In this document: piece after piece, positions 1-11,965 of the stretch
How positions within the stretch are numbered: the first letter of the stretch is position 1
Layout: each line of letters opens with the position of its first letter
NCBI RefSeq assembly: GCF_006345805.1
Contig: NC_043018.1
Span: 27,032,001 to 27,096,000, forward strand
DNA from: Octopus sinensis
Lineage: Eukaryota
Reading direction: 5' to 3'
Length of the DNA stretch: 64,000 nucleotides
Made by a program: the position numbers and the translations under genes
Notes under the pieces: generated by a model
What the model saw: only the letters and a program-made list of their open reading frames with translations
Told to the model about the DNA's origin: nothing
Database searches by the model: none

Positions 1-59
1 AAGCTGTTTTGACCCTTTGGACCCAATCAGCCAATCTGGTTTTACCAGATTCTTTTTAA

Positions 60-780
60 ATGGCCGGGTGCAGGTACCCGGTGATTCTTGAGGGTCGCCT
101 CCCCTCCCCACCAGATATCATCAGTGCCTGCAGTCTGGTCATATAAAGAAAAACTGTCCCCAGGAACAAAATAAGGTCCTGGAGCAGTTGAGTGAGACCT
201 CTGTAGAAGAGGGAATGTAGGCGGCCGAGGAGGCGGAGGATTCCTCAAACAGGGACCGCAAGAGGAAGAGGGTGAGCAACAGTGAGTGCTCACCGAAGGA
301 TCCTATGGATGAGGAAGGGGAGGCGAATCTCCCGATCACGGAGAAGACGCACCCTCACTCAGTTGAAAAGAAAAAAAAAAGAGGAAGAGGAAGAGAAACT
401 GGACATTGCCGGCAGTCGGTGATATAGTACCGGAATGTCCCAGAGACACCGTTGGTGGGAACTGTGCCGCCAACGGTAGAATTGGATATCCCGCCCCGGA
501 GGAAGACGAATTATTGATCTCCTATAAAGGCGGAGAGGTTGAAAAGGTGGTGGAAAAGTAACGTAAGGGAACTCCTTTAGCCTTCACACAGGATCCCGAA
601 TGGCCTCCGCAGATAGCTGTGGAGATCATAACGTTGGACGTGACGTTTAGGCTGGAGGGACTCAATGAGAAATATCGCTTGTACCCGGGCGACACCGACA
701 CGGAACCCGCTTTGATCTTGAATGAGGCGTGGGGGGTGGAGGCAGATGCTGGCACAAGCGATGTTGAGGGTGAGTTATAA
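60..780 (+). mobile_element. Decayed gag-like ORF1 of a non-LTR retrotransposon (zinc knuckle)
   Basis: Manual translation gives ...RYPVILEGRLP, then after a frameshift (Y)HQCLQSGHIKKNCP at 116-160, a CX2CX4HX4C knuckle with the first Cys changed to Tyr. An acidic/basic low-complexity tail follows, with in-frame stops. GC-rich relative to the flanks. Runs off the window start. Confidence 0.6.
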
Positions 781-1454
781 ATTGTGACACTGTGTAATAC
801 TAATATTTGATAATAGGCACTTCGCCTTCTTCTGTCTGAACTTCCGGCTGTCAACGCGGTCTGCTCTGCAGGCGGCTAGATATTTGAATGGGGGTTCTGA
901 AGGGGGAGGAAGGGAAAAGTGATATCGTATTTTTTATGTTTGATCGACTTTTTGATTTTTATATAATAAAAGAACCCTGTGATTTCGAAGGGGGCTCGGC
1001 CTGCGGGCGCCGATAACCCTTCCCATTTACACCATTCGTATTTGTCATTTTCATCTCATTGATGTATATACCCAACCCACATTGCTTCTCTGTAAGGCCT
1101 TCATGGCCAATGTGATAAAATAAAGAAGTTAGCTTCCTAACCACATGGTTCTGAGTTCAATCGCACTGCGTGGCACCTTGGGCAAATATCTTCTATTAAA
1201 GCTACAGGTCGACTAAAAGCCTTGTGAATGGATTTAGTAGACGGACCTCAAAGAAGCGCGTCGTATACATACATACATACATACATACACACACACATAT
1301 ATGTGTGTGTGTGTGTTTGTGTCATTACATTTATGGTTGTCCACTTGACAACCGCTGTTAGTTCATTTACACCCTTGCAACTTAGCGGTTTATCAACAGT
1401 GACTGACAGAATACGTACGAGGCTTTAATATATATATATTCTTTTTTCTTTTAA

Positions 1455-1608
1455 TCGACAAATCGACCCCAGGGCTTATTCTTTGTAAGCCTAGTACTTA
1501 TTCTATAGGTCTCTTTTGCCGAACCGCTAAGTTACGAGGAAGTAAACACACCAGCATCGGTTGTCAAGCGATGTTGGGGGGGGGACAAACACAGATACAC
1601 AAACATAT

Positions 1609-1639
<31 letters not shown>

Positions 1640-1805
1640 CATACATACGACGGGCTTCTTTCAGTTTCCGTTTACCAAATCCACTCACAAGGCTTTGGTC
1701 GGCCCGAGGCTATAGTAGAAGACACTTGCCCAATGTGCAACGCAGTGGGATTGAACCCGGAAGCATGTGGTTGGTAAGCAAGCTACTTATAACACAGCCA
1801 CTCCT
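1455..1805 (-). mobile_element. tRNA-derived SINE family A
   Basis: Reverse complement of the family consensus ggcgcaggagtggctgtgtggtaag...cttgggcaagtgtcttct...(TA)n(TG)n...gcggttcggcaaaagagaccgatagaataagtac seen at many loci here. Confidence 0.85.
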
Positions 1806-2454
1806 AACTTTTATTAGTTAATTAAGAGCATTTCTTAACAAATGCATACTAAAAGCAATTCACTTGTCTAACAATCTGATTACTCTCCAGAAAAAACGGC
1901 GCCGGTGGAGACGGGGGTCGCCCGCGGATGTGGTTGTAGAGGGCGTTGTTTTTATAACAAGACTGCAATACAGAAGACATTGGTAGTGATGCACTTTAAC
2001 TCCTGTACGATAAAATTTATGGTCTTTTACTTTGCAATAAGGAAGGTGTTTGTAATTAATGCACTTCTCACCTGTATTGTTAACCTGTATTACATCTTAA
2101 ATTTATTGCTCAATATTTCACAGGAGTACAAAAATTATTTACGCTATCATGAAAACGACCGTCATAAAGAAAGCAATATATTTGCTTCATGTTTTGGCAC
2201 AAGGCCAGCAATTGCGGGGCTGAGGGCAATTTCGATTACATCGATCCCTGGTGTTCGATTGGTACTTATTTTATCGATTCAGAAAAGATGAAAGGCAAAG
2301 CCAGGGCTTGAACTCAGAACACAACGATGGAAGAAATGCCGCTAAGCATTTTGCGCGGCGTGCTAAGGATTCGAATCTGGGGCCTAGTCGATTACATCGA
2401 CACCAGTGTTTCACTGGTACTTAATTTATCGGCCCCAAAAGGATGAAAGGCAAA

Positions 2455-2715
2455 GTCGATCTCGGCGGAAATTGAACTCAGAACGTCAAGTCGGAAGAAA
2501 TACCTATTTCTTTGCTGCCCACAAGAAGCTAAACACAGAGGGGACAAACAAGGACAGACAGACGGATTAAGTTGATTACATCGACCCCAGTGCGTAACTG
2601 GTACTTATTTAATCGACCCCAAAAAGATGAAAGGCAAAGTCGACCTCGGCGGAATTTGAACTCGGAACGTAGCGGCAGACGAAATACGGCTACGCATTTC
2701 GCCCGGCGTGCTAAC
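2455..2715 (-). mobile_element. SINE family B, multimer with fixed junction
   Basis: Reverse complement of gctggcagaaacgttagcacgccgggcgaaatgc...tgagttcaaattccgccgaggtcgac...ggtagtaaagaaata, with junction gaaatacctatttc near 2506-2520. Confidence 0.9.
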
Positions 2716-2796
2716 GTTTCTGCCAGCTCGCAGCCTTTCATCCAGCTTGCTAATGATTTTGCCAGCTTTAATAATCCTTTCTATTATAGGCACTGA

Positions 2797-3100
2797 GGCG
2801 CAATGGCCCAGTGGTTAGGGCAGCGGACTCGCAGTCGGAGGATCACGGTTTCGATTCCCAGACCGGATGTTGTGTATGTTTATTGAGTGAAAACACCTAA
2901 AAGCTCCACGAGGCTCCGGCAGGGGGTGGTGGCAACCTCTGTTGTACTCTTTCGCCCCAACTTTCTCTCACTCTCTCTTCCTGTTCCTTGAGTAACACTG
3001 CGATAGACCGGCGTCCCGTCCAGCTGGGGGGAACTCATACGCCACAGAAACCGGAAAACCGGGTCCATGAGCCCGGATAGGCTTGAAAAGGGCGCATAAT
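2797..3100 (+). mobile_element. tRNA-derived SINE family C (V-domain-like body)
   Basis: tRNA-like head ggcgcaatggcccagtggttagggcagcggac...ggtttcgattccc (A and B boxes). Body motif gaccggcgtcccgtccagctgggg...gaaaccgg resembles V-SINE central domains (from memory). Related partial copies at about 42494-42700 (+) and 18115-18205 (-). Confidence 0.75.
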
Positions 3101-3310
3101 TAAAATGAAAATTATAGGCACAAAGCCTGAATTTTTTTTGATGGGGACTAGTCGATTATATAGACTCCAGCCATCAACTGGAACTTATTCTATCGACCCC
3201 GAAAGAATGATAGGCAAAGTCAGCCCCGATGATATTTGAACAAAAAATGCTACTAAGCATTTTGTCCGGCGTGCCAACGATTCTGCCAGCTCGCCGCACT
3301 AATAATAATA

Positions 3311-3344
<34 letters not shown>

Positions 3345-4329
3345 TTCAACTGGAGGCACAAGGCCTCAAATTTGTAGAGAAGAGACTAGTCGATTACATA
3401 GACCCCAGTGTTTCACTGGTACTTAATTCATCGACCCTGAAAGGATGAAAGGCAAAGTCGACCTCGGCGGAATTTGAACTCAGAACGTAAAGTCGGAAGA
3501 AATGCTGCTAAGCATTTTGTCCGGCGCGGTAACGATTCTGCCAGCTCCCTGCGTTTAGAAGAGATACTTTTGATATTTTAGTTGGGGGCTCAAATTCCAC
3601 CAAGATCGACTTTGCCTTTCGCCCTTTAGTCATCTATAGAATAAATACCAGTCGAACTTCTGCCAAAATTTGAAGTCAATATTTTAGTCGGGGCAAAAGA
3701 AACGGTGGTTTGAGAGAGTAGTAAGAGCGTCGGTCGAAATGCCTTGCCACGTTGATTCAGGCTATTTACATTCTGAGTTCAAAATCCTACCGCGATCAAG
3801 TTGTCTTTCATCTTTTCTTGATCGATAAAGCAAAGAATCCGTAATCCCCTTAACATTACTGGTGTTGTACCTAATTTAAGAAAACCAGGTACAAGCTGGC
3901 AGAATCGTTAGAGTAACGAGCAAAATGCCCTGTACTGAATCCGGCTCTTTACATTCTGAGTTCAAATCCCACCGGAGTTAGCTCTCTCCTTTAACCTTTT
4001 CAAAGTCGATCAAATAAAGTACCAGTCAAATATTTAGGTCGTTGTTGTCGACTAGGCCCCTCCCCTTAAAGTTTTTGACCGTGTGCCTAAATTAAGAATC
4101 CATTATTTTGAAGCAGCGAAACTGGTAGTCATTAGTAGTCATATCGCTTGCGTGGTTGATTCTAGCACTTTGCGTTCAGAGTTCAAATACCACCGAAATT
4201 ACCTTTGCTCCTCGTCCTTCTGGGGTCGATAGAATAAAGTAGTAGTCAAGTACTGGACAAAAAGCATCACCTTAAAATTGCACGCCTTATGCTTAATTTA
4301 AGGAAGCATTATCTTAAGACAACAAACAG

Positions 4330-4630
4330 GCAGAATCATTTGACGTAGGTTTAAGTGTCTCGAGAACCACAGAACTCAGAGGTTAATCCGATTTTCATAG
4401 CATACAAGTGACTGAGATTACAACACGTCCTCGTGGATGCGACACCAATCTATTGCAGGATATCTTCCCAGTTTATGCTGAAACTTATTTTCAACCAAGT
4501 CGATTGGTGGAACATGAAAAGAAGTGTTTTTTGCTCAAGAGCACAACGTAACTCATCACCAGGTGCGATATCGAAACCACGAGCTCGAGCTAATGGATAG
4601 CGTAGCAGCCTAACTACTAAACCACACGCC
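4330..4630 (-). mobile_element. Degenerate SINE family D (CORE-like gttgtgctcttgagcaa motif)
   Basis: Reverse complement of a tRNA-like head plus gttgtgctcttgagcaaaaaacactt. Related copies at 21410-21535 and 38158-38960. Confidence 0.6.
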
Positions 4631-5659
4631 TTCATCGTTAGGACGTCGGACAAAATGACTTGTGGTATTGGCTCTAGCTCTTTAAGTTCCCATTTCAAAT
4701 ACAGCTGACGTCAAGTTCGGCTTTCATTCTTTCGAGGTTGGAATAAAGTACCAGTTATGTACTGTGGTCGATGGCATCGAATAAACGTCTGCCCCTTAAA
4801 GAAACTGTCATGGAGCCTAAATTACACGCCATTAATTTAAGGCGGCAAACTGGAAGAATCGTTGGAGTGTCGGACAAATTGCCTTGTGTCCCATTGAAGA
4901 TTTGGAATTTATTTTCATCAGTCACGTACTCCGTAGCAAACTTGTAGAAAAAAGTATCTCTTTCTTCCCTGTCTGTCTGTCTCTCTTTCTTTCTTTCTCT
5001 CTCTCTCTCTGTCCGATTGTCACCCTTTCAATTTAAAGGTCTTGAGTATTTTCTTTGTTTCAAACACTGCAATCATCTGGTATACGCAATCGAGGCAGTA
5101 TTTAATTAAAAACAGCCATCTATCTATGATACATAATATATAACACAGTTGATTGACAAATTGATGCGGTGTCTGTCCTGAGATAACATCTCTTATAGAT
5201 TTGCTTCGTTAATAACACAATAAATATCAGACACAGAGCAAAATTCGTTTCAGCAGCGTACACTGGATTTTGAATCATCCGGGCTGCTCTTCGCAACCTC
5301 AGTGGATGTTTTACTCATTTGTTTTTACCTATATCAGAAACTCTTGTCCGAGCATGTGGCTGGTTGCGAGTACACGCTATTTGAAAGGGCCCACAAAGTC
5401 AAAATGCTTCTGGCGCTCTCGTAGGCAGTTGCTGGGACGAATTTTCGCCTTATTATAATATTGGGTTTTTAACAGCAAGTTCATAAAACATGTTATCTTA
5501 GGACAAATAGTACAATAACTGTCCTATCGAAAGTGCGTGTACATTAGGTATGATACGTAGATGGCTATTGTAATAATTATGAAGCTGCATTCCTTCTTCA
5601 AGAAGCCAAGTTTAACTATACCTTTTGGTTCATGTGGGTTTTTACCTGAATCTGCTTGA

Positions 5660-5900
5660 GCAGTGGTTCTCAACAAGGGTCCACATGACCCTTAGGGGTC
5701 TGTATAAGATTTTGTTGCTAAAATTTATGTACATTAAACTGGTTACTCTTCTACAATGCACAAAATAGTTTAACAATTTTTTAAATACAATTCCCAATAA
5801 TATTTAATTATAAAAATAGAATATGGTTTTTTAAACATCAAATGTCTATGAGGGTCCAAAGAGTAAATTAAGGATAAAAGGGATCCATTCCTTAAAAAGG
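5660..5900 (+). mobile_element. hAT (Charlie-like) MITE fragment
   Basis: Starts with cagtggttctcaac, a typical hAT-Charlie terminal motif, and has internal gggtcc motifs. The matching right terminus was not found. Confidence 0.5.
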
Positions 5901-6215
5901 GAATCGAAAGGATCCATTCCTAAAAAACGGAGGATAATGACATGCACTGGTTTTGTTATTGCAACCGGTCTGCTTCGTGTCGTTCTTTTCTATCCTTTAG
6001 AGTTGATCTCAACTTGTTCATAAGGAAAGGTGTCCATGATTCTAAGATTGCCTGTTTTCCGTTGAGTAGTCCCTGATGAATACTGTCAAATCCTGGGTCT
6101 GGAACCTCTGCAGGTGTTTGCAGAATGAAGTATTTGAGCGCATCTTCCTTGATACAAATGCGCAGTATTGTGGTGGTGCTCCCACTGCAGGATGCACGAC
6201 ATTTACTGTAGAACA

Positions 6216-6860
6216 CATCGTATGCCACGGAGGCCCACGAGCACATTTTAAAGTTGTGTATGTATGTATGTATGTCAGGTCACTTTCGAGTGCTACTGGT
6301 AACATGTAACCCAGTACAACCTGTTGCATGGTGGGTCGTCGGCGACTAAACTGGCAACCCCACCAAGCTTGCTTGGTGAGGAGGGTGTTTATTGGACACC
6401 CTGCGGGATGAACAACAAAACCCGTCAAAGGGCGGAGGAACTCTTGAGAGTCAACGGCCATCCAATAAATGTCTTAAGGCTTTATTATGCGCGGGGACAT
6501 AGAAATAATCGGACTGAATACCCGATCGCGCGATTAAACCATTGGGAGTGAAGGACTCCTAGCCTTTGTTAGGGCATCCTTCTAGGAGAAGGTAACTCAG
6601 GTAACTGGGATAACTCCGACATAAAACCTGCGGCTCAGTGGTTACCGATGATGTTGACTTGTTCTTCTTTTCGGATTATGGCTGCTGTTGCTTAGTGAGT
6701 GGGATTGACTCTGTGCACAGCCTTTCCTCACTTTACAAAAAATCTTCTTGCACAGGCATTGCACGATAACAACATTGATTAAGCTTCGTGCAATGGCCAT
6801 ACTCGATAACGAGGGCGCAGCCACCATGTATGTATGTATGTATGTATGTATGTATGTATG

Positions 6861-6891
<31 letters not shown>

Positions 6892-6969
6892 TGTATGTGC
6901 AGATTTGCATGTTTTATATATGTATTCTCATGCATATAGTTACATATCTAGAATGCTTATATATATATA

Positions 6970-7020
<51 letters not shown>

Positions 7021-7312
7021 ATATATATATTTAAATGATAAACTTCTGGAAAGTTTTACAGATTTTTACAGTTCCAGTGATGGATTGGATTTGTAAAAAT
7101 CTGTAAAACGTTCCAGAAGTTTATCATTTAAATATACATATAAGCATTCTAGATATGTAACTATATGCATGAGAATACAGATATAAAACAAAATCTGCAC
7201 ATACATACATACATACATACATACATACTTACATACATACATGCATGCATGCACATACATACATACATACACAACTTCAAAATGTGCTCGTGGGCCTCCG
7301 TGGCATACGATG
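6216..7312. repeat. Interrupted fold-back (long inverted repeat)
   Basis: 6216-6275 is the reverse complement of 7251-7312. 6830-7070 is the reverse complement of about 7092-7250, around a ~21 nt loop. The left arm is split by the 6276-6826 insertion and a (TA)n expansion. Confidence 0.85.
6276..6826 (+). mobile_element. Probable RTE-type LINE 5' leader fragment inserted in (TATG)n
   Basis: GC-rich block flanked by TATG repeats, with a ctaggagaaggtaactc motif of the kind seen in RTE 5' UTRs (from memory). Homologous copies at about 21895-22062 (+) and 39040-39350 (-). Confidence 0.55.
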
Positions 7313-7612
7313 CTATTTGTGGTGTGGTTTCTAGGCAGACATTTCCTCTGGAAAGGACCGGTGCGCTCCATCTGCATGTTAAGTCCCTCCCTGTGGATTG
7401 CATGACTATATAGCAGCAACGCCCACTCTCGAAATCGACAGTGGAACTTTATACTTTGTTAACGAATCAATACATTTTTTTTCATATGTGGGCGTATGAT
7501 TATGTACTTCAAGATCTAAGACGTTTGTTTGTTTATAACACTGAATTTTCAGCCTTAATATTTATCACGCGTAAAAGAGACCGAGATCGGGGCTGATGGA
7601 TAGGGGGAGAGT

Positions 7613-7652
<40 letters not shown>

Positions 7653-7869
7653 AAGGAGAGAGAGGCAGGGACATAGACAGATGGCACACTTCAGTAATTT
7701 ACTCGTTGACATGTGCAAGTCTCTAAGTATTCATTAAAGGAGAATTTCAGATTCAAAATGTCAACCAAGTTAATTGTTTTGTCTATAGGTAGAAATAGCC
7801 ACTTGTAGCATTAGTTTGATTGGTTGATACAAGTCGACAAGAGGAGACGACGATAGAAGCACGAGTTTT

Positions 7870-7891
7870 TTTTTAATTATTTTTTTTTAGG
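7870..7891 (+). promoter_or_regulatory. Candidate splice acceptor for the exon carrying the SLC7 start codon
   Basis: Long T tract ending ttttttttag|G about 280 nt upstream of the ATG. Could instead be part of a first-exon 5' UTR. Confidence 0.3.
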
Positions 7892-8170
7892 TATTTTATT
7901 TCTGGCTTAGCCCAGCTTGCTGCATTAATTGTGGTCCGAAGTGACAGAAGATTTTCTGATAAAGTATTGCAGTGACAGTAAAGGAACAACGATATACATT
8001 TATGTAAATATCAAAACAAAACAAAACAAGACAATACAAGAAAAAAAAACACACACACACACAAGAAAAGACTAAAAACTCATTTATCATTTATTTATTT
8101 ATTTCATTATTCTTATATATTTTTTATTTATCTTTGTTTTATTCGCTTGTTGTTGTCGGCTTCCATTTTG

Positions 8171-8630
8171 ATGAAGGATCAAGTTTCAAAGATGTCAGAT
8201 TGGAAAGATGAGAAAGAAGAAATCGGGTTAAAACCAAAATTATCGCTTTTGAATGGAATAACTGTTATCGTCGGTTGCATCATCGGGTCCGGTATATTTG
8301 TTAGTCCTAAAGGAGTCCTCGTCAATTCTGGAAGTGTGGGCCTATCATTAGTAATATGGATCTTAAGCGGAATTCTTTCTATGATAGGAGCATATTGCTA
8401 TGCCGAACTGGGTACCTCTATCATGCGCTCCGGCGCCGATTATGCTTACATTTACGAAGCGTTCGGAGCATTTCCTGCCTTTCTAAGACTTTGGGTGGAA
8501 TGCATGATCATACGGCCATGTTCTCAAGCAATCGTGGCGCTTACATTTTCCTTTTATATTATCGAACCTTTGTTTCCGGACTGCGAGCAACCATCTTTGC
8601 CAGTTACGTTGCTTGCCGCAGCTGCAATTT
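8171..8630 (+). CDS. SLC7A5-like: First (or early) coding exon of an L-type/heteromeric amino-acid transporter light chain, SLC7 family (LAT1/JhI-21-like)
   Basis: MKDQ...[30 protein letters not shown] (TM1 GSG motif), [40 protein letters not shown], ending LLAAAAIC. Phase-1 donor T|GTAAGT at 8630/8631. The exact paralog and the true start codon are not certain. Confidence 0.93.
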
Positions 8631-8814
8631 GTAAGTAAATTATTTCACAATTTATTTATTTTATTTAATTAAAAAAAAATTTTGTCTTTTTTTCCAGTCA
8701 ATAATGTTATTGTTAGTAACGTTAGTGGATTTATTTTTCTCTTCTTTCTTAAATATTCGTGCCTCTAGTTTTCCTAACTCCGCTTGCTTTTATGTAAATG
8801 TTGTGTTAAACTAT

Positions 8815-9255
8815 TTAACCTTTTGTGGATGTATTTCTAGCAAGATTACATCCTGCCTTGTGTTTTAGTATTTCAAAATAATTGAGATACTTTCGTAACA
8901 AAAAGCAGCCCTGACTTTTGACGATGTGTGTACTTCAAGTACGGACGTATAAGTCCTCATCACTCAACAAAATAAGGAAACTATCGGCAGGATTAACCTT
9001 TTGTGAATGTATTTCAAATAAGACTGCATCCTGCCTTGTGTTTTAGTATTTCAAAATAATTTTTATAGCTTCGCAGCAAAGGATAACCAACTAATCACAT
9101 TTGCCGTGACTTTTGATGATGTGTACTTCAAGTGTGGTCTCCACACAAGTGATCGTTACACTACAAGAGGAGAAAACTATCGGCAGGATTTGTTTAACCT
9201 TTGTAAATGTGTTTCTAATAAGATTGCAGCTTGTCTTGTGTTTTAGTATGTCAAA
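8815..9255 (+). repeat. Diverged tandem repeat, about 180-200 bp unit, about 2.3 copies
   Basis: ttaacctttt gt...cctgccttgtgttttagtatttcaaaa recurs at 8815, 8993 and 9194. aaactatcggcaggatt and gatgtgtacttcaagt also recur. Confidence 0.8.
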
Positions 9256-9501
9256 AAAAAAAACAAAAAAAAAAACAATTGACAATTGAGTTTCATTTTA
9301 TGTTCAAATTAATGAAAGAAATAGAAGCAACATGGCAACTATTTACTTATGGATATCAAATATCTGTCATGTAATTATGAAATTTCAGCCCAGGATTTCA
9401 ATTTAAAACCGAAGCAGATTCAAGAACATAAGGTCTACTTTTCTTCGACACTAGAAAACTTTGACTCGTTACTGGAACATGAGTTTTATCTTAGTCCTTA
9501 A

Positions 9502-9723
9502 CTCATTAAGTCCCACTGTCCTAGTTTAGGACACTAAATGAAAACATTAAATTAATTATATTACATTGTCTCAGTGTCCTATTTATAGGACACCGAGTAT
9601 TTCCATTTCTATTTGAAGTGAAGGAGCTTTAATAATTACTTTTTTCACCTTAACTTATTTTCAATCATCTGTAAAAATTTAAAAGTAATATTCAGAAATT
9701 TAAGTACTCTGGGATTTAGTGGG
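9502..9723. mobile_element. piggyBac-like MITE
   Basis: TTAA at 9498-9501 and 9724-9727 flank imperfect inverted termini (ctcattaagtccca / tgggatttagtggg). Confidence 0.55.
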
Positions 9724-10654
9724 TTAATAACTGAAAGAGCTAAGATCAACTCTATATGGCCAGCTTGAATTACATTGAAAACCTCTAAACAAACATTGAA
9801 AAATGTATTGATATGCTGCGAAACTTGAATATGAATTAATATCACAACCAGAAACTAAACTTTACTCCAAAAGGCAAGTTTATTTCAAACACGAAAGTGT
9901 AATTGCCTTCAAGTGTAAAATAAGAACATCGACATAAAATAATGGCCTCCCTCATAACCAACGCCAAAAGAGGATTTTATTAACCCCAAAATGAAATTTT
10001 ATTTCAGATATCAAAATGTGATTTGGTTCAACAAGAGAACAGAAATTTCCACTTAAAAACAAGGTTGGTTTTACTCTACTGATAACCTTTAAATAGGCAC
10101 TTACTGACATTAAAAGGATACTTTATCTCAAACACCAAAATATAAATTGCTTTAACAAAATATGAACATCACACACCCTGACGTCAAAAATGGAGCATTC
10201 TTCAAAAAATAAAAGATTCTCTTCCGAGTCCTTCTATCTTGATCACTCCCGCTGTCACCATCATCATGAACTACGGTTGTACGAGCTAGCAGGAGAACTT
10301 CTTTGTGGTTGCTCAATCAACTAGAAATATCAACCAAATCACGCTCAAATTACAACCTGCCGTCTTCAAAACGAAAGTTCACATTGAATAATGTAATCTT
10401 AGATAGACCAAGCCAGTCTTGAGAAAAAGACTGGGTTGGCCTTGGCCAGAGCGACTTTGGTCATTAGTCTGATTAATGAAAGCTGTGGCTGATGACAGCA
10501 ACAACAAAAACAAAAACAGCAACAACAACAACACCAGTGAACAGAAAAAAAAACAAAGACGATCTTTGAGTTTAGCACATGGTTTCCACTTTGGCCAATG
10601 AGCATATCAAATCCTTAATACAACGTTGTAAATCACATACATGTTAAATCGATT

Positions 10655-10925
10655 CGAAGCTACGCGTAGCCTTCGAATCAGCTTTCTCCTTTCTGATTTT
10701 CAGAAGCTAATTTCTCAGGATTGGCACTTAGGCAGTGTGTTACATATCCCAGTGCCTCAATAATTACAGGTATAAATCTGAGCTTGTAATCCGAGTAGAG
10801 TAACTGCAGATTTTTCAATAGTTCGTTCAGTGTAAGTGTTTTCATTTTCAGAAATCGTTAGCTTTACGCTAACATCCGCTGGGCAACTGATTTGCACTAC
10901 TGCACACAGTTTCTCTTCTCTGTTT
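10655..10925 (-). mobile_element. Restriction-endonuclease-type (R4/Dong-like) non-LTR C-terminal fragment
   Basis: Frameshifted translation KLCAVVQISCPADVSVKLTISENENTY.. NLQLLYSDYKLRFIPVIIEALGYV. Same family as 58385-58720. Confidence 0.7.
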
Positions 10926-10964
10926 CAAATCACTATGCCAGGTCTATGTATGTATGTATGTATG

Positions 10965-11129
10965 GCTTTTTTGTGGAGGTGCAATGTTTGCAGTCATGTA
11001 TGCTTGTTAAGAACAGGGCTCATTTGCCACCACCGGAGCCGCAGATGCAAAATATAAGTTAGTCCTAGATCGCACAATATTTCTGAAGGTCAGCAATAGT
11101 CTTCCTGGGTCACAAGTGGACGGCCATCG
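10965..11129 (+). mobile_element. RTE LINE 3' end
   Basis: CNVCSHVCLLRTGLICHHRSRRCKI-stop (C2H2-like C-terminus), then a 3' UTR ending ggacggccat. Near-identical in layout to 44898-45262. Flanked by TATG repeats. Confidence 0.8.
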
Positions 11130-11757
11130 TGTATGTATGTATGTATGTATGTATGTATGTATGTATGTATGTATGTATGTATGTATGTATGCATGTATGT
11201 ATGCATGTATGCATGCATGTATGTATGTATGTATGTACGTATGTATGTGTGTATGTACGTATGTATGTATGTATGTATGTATGTATGTATGTATGTATGT
11301 ATGTATGTATGTATGTATGTATGTATGCATGTACGCATGTATGCATGTATGTATGTACGTACGTATGTATGTATGTATTATGTATGTATGTATGTATGTG
11401 TGTATGTATGTATGTATGTGTGTATGTATGTATGTGTGTGTGTGTATGTATGTATGTATGTATGTATGTATGTATGTATGTGTGTATGTATGTATGTATG
11501 TGTGTATGTTTGAATGAATATATGTATGTATGTATGTATGTATGTGTGTATGTATGTATGTGGGGGTGTGTGTATGTATGCATGTACGCATGTATGTACG
11601 TACGTATGTAAGTATGTATGTATGTATGTATGTATGTATGTATGTATGTATTATGTATGTATTATGTATGTATGTATGTACGTATGTGTGTGTGTGTATG
11701 TATGTATGCATGTGTGTATGTATGTATGTATGTATGTATGTGTGTATGTTTGAATGA

Positions 11758-11790
<33 letters not shown>

Positions 11791-11897
11791 TGTATGTATG
11801 TGTGTATGTATGTATGTGTGTATGTATGTATGTATGTATGTATGTATGTATGTATGTATGTGTGTGTGTGTATGTATGTATGTGTAGGTATGAATGA

Positions 11898-11930
<33 letters not shown>

Positions 11931-11965
11931 CGTGTGTACGTGTGTGTGTGTGTGTGTGTGTGTGC
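11130..11965. repeat. Very long imperfect (TGTA)n microsatellite
   Basis: About 835 bp of TATG/TGTG units directly attached to the RTE 3' end. Confidence 0.97.

Noticed and set aside
522-854. 110 aa Ser/Thr-rich - strand ORF
   Set aside because: It is the antisense of the decayed gag-like ORF1, with no independent support.
2797-2870. tRNA-like sequences at SINE heads
   Set aside because: The acceptor stems are not complete and each continues into a SINE body, so they are not tRNA genes.
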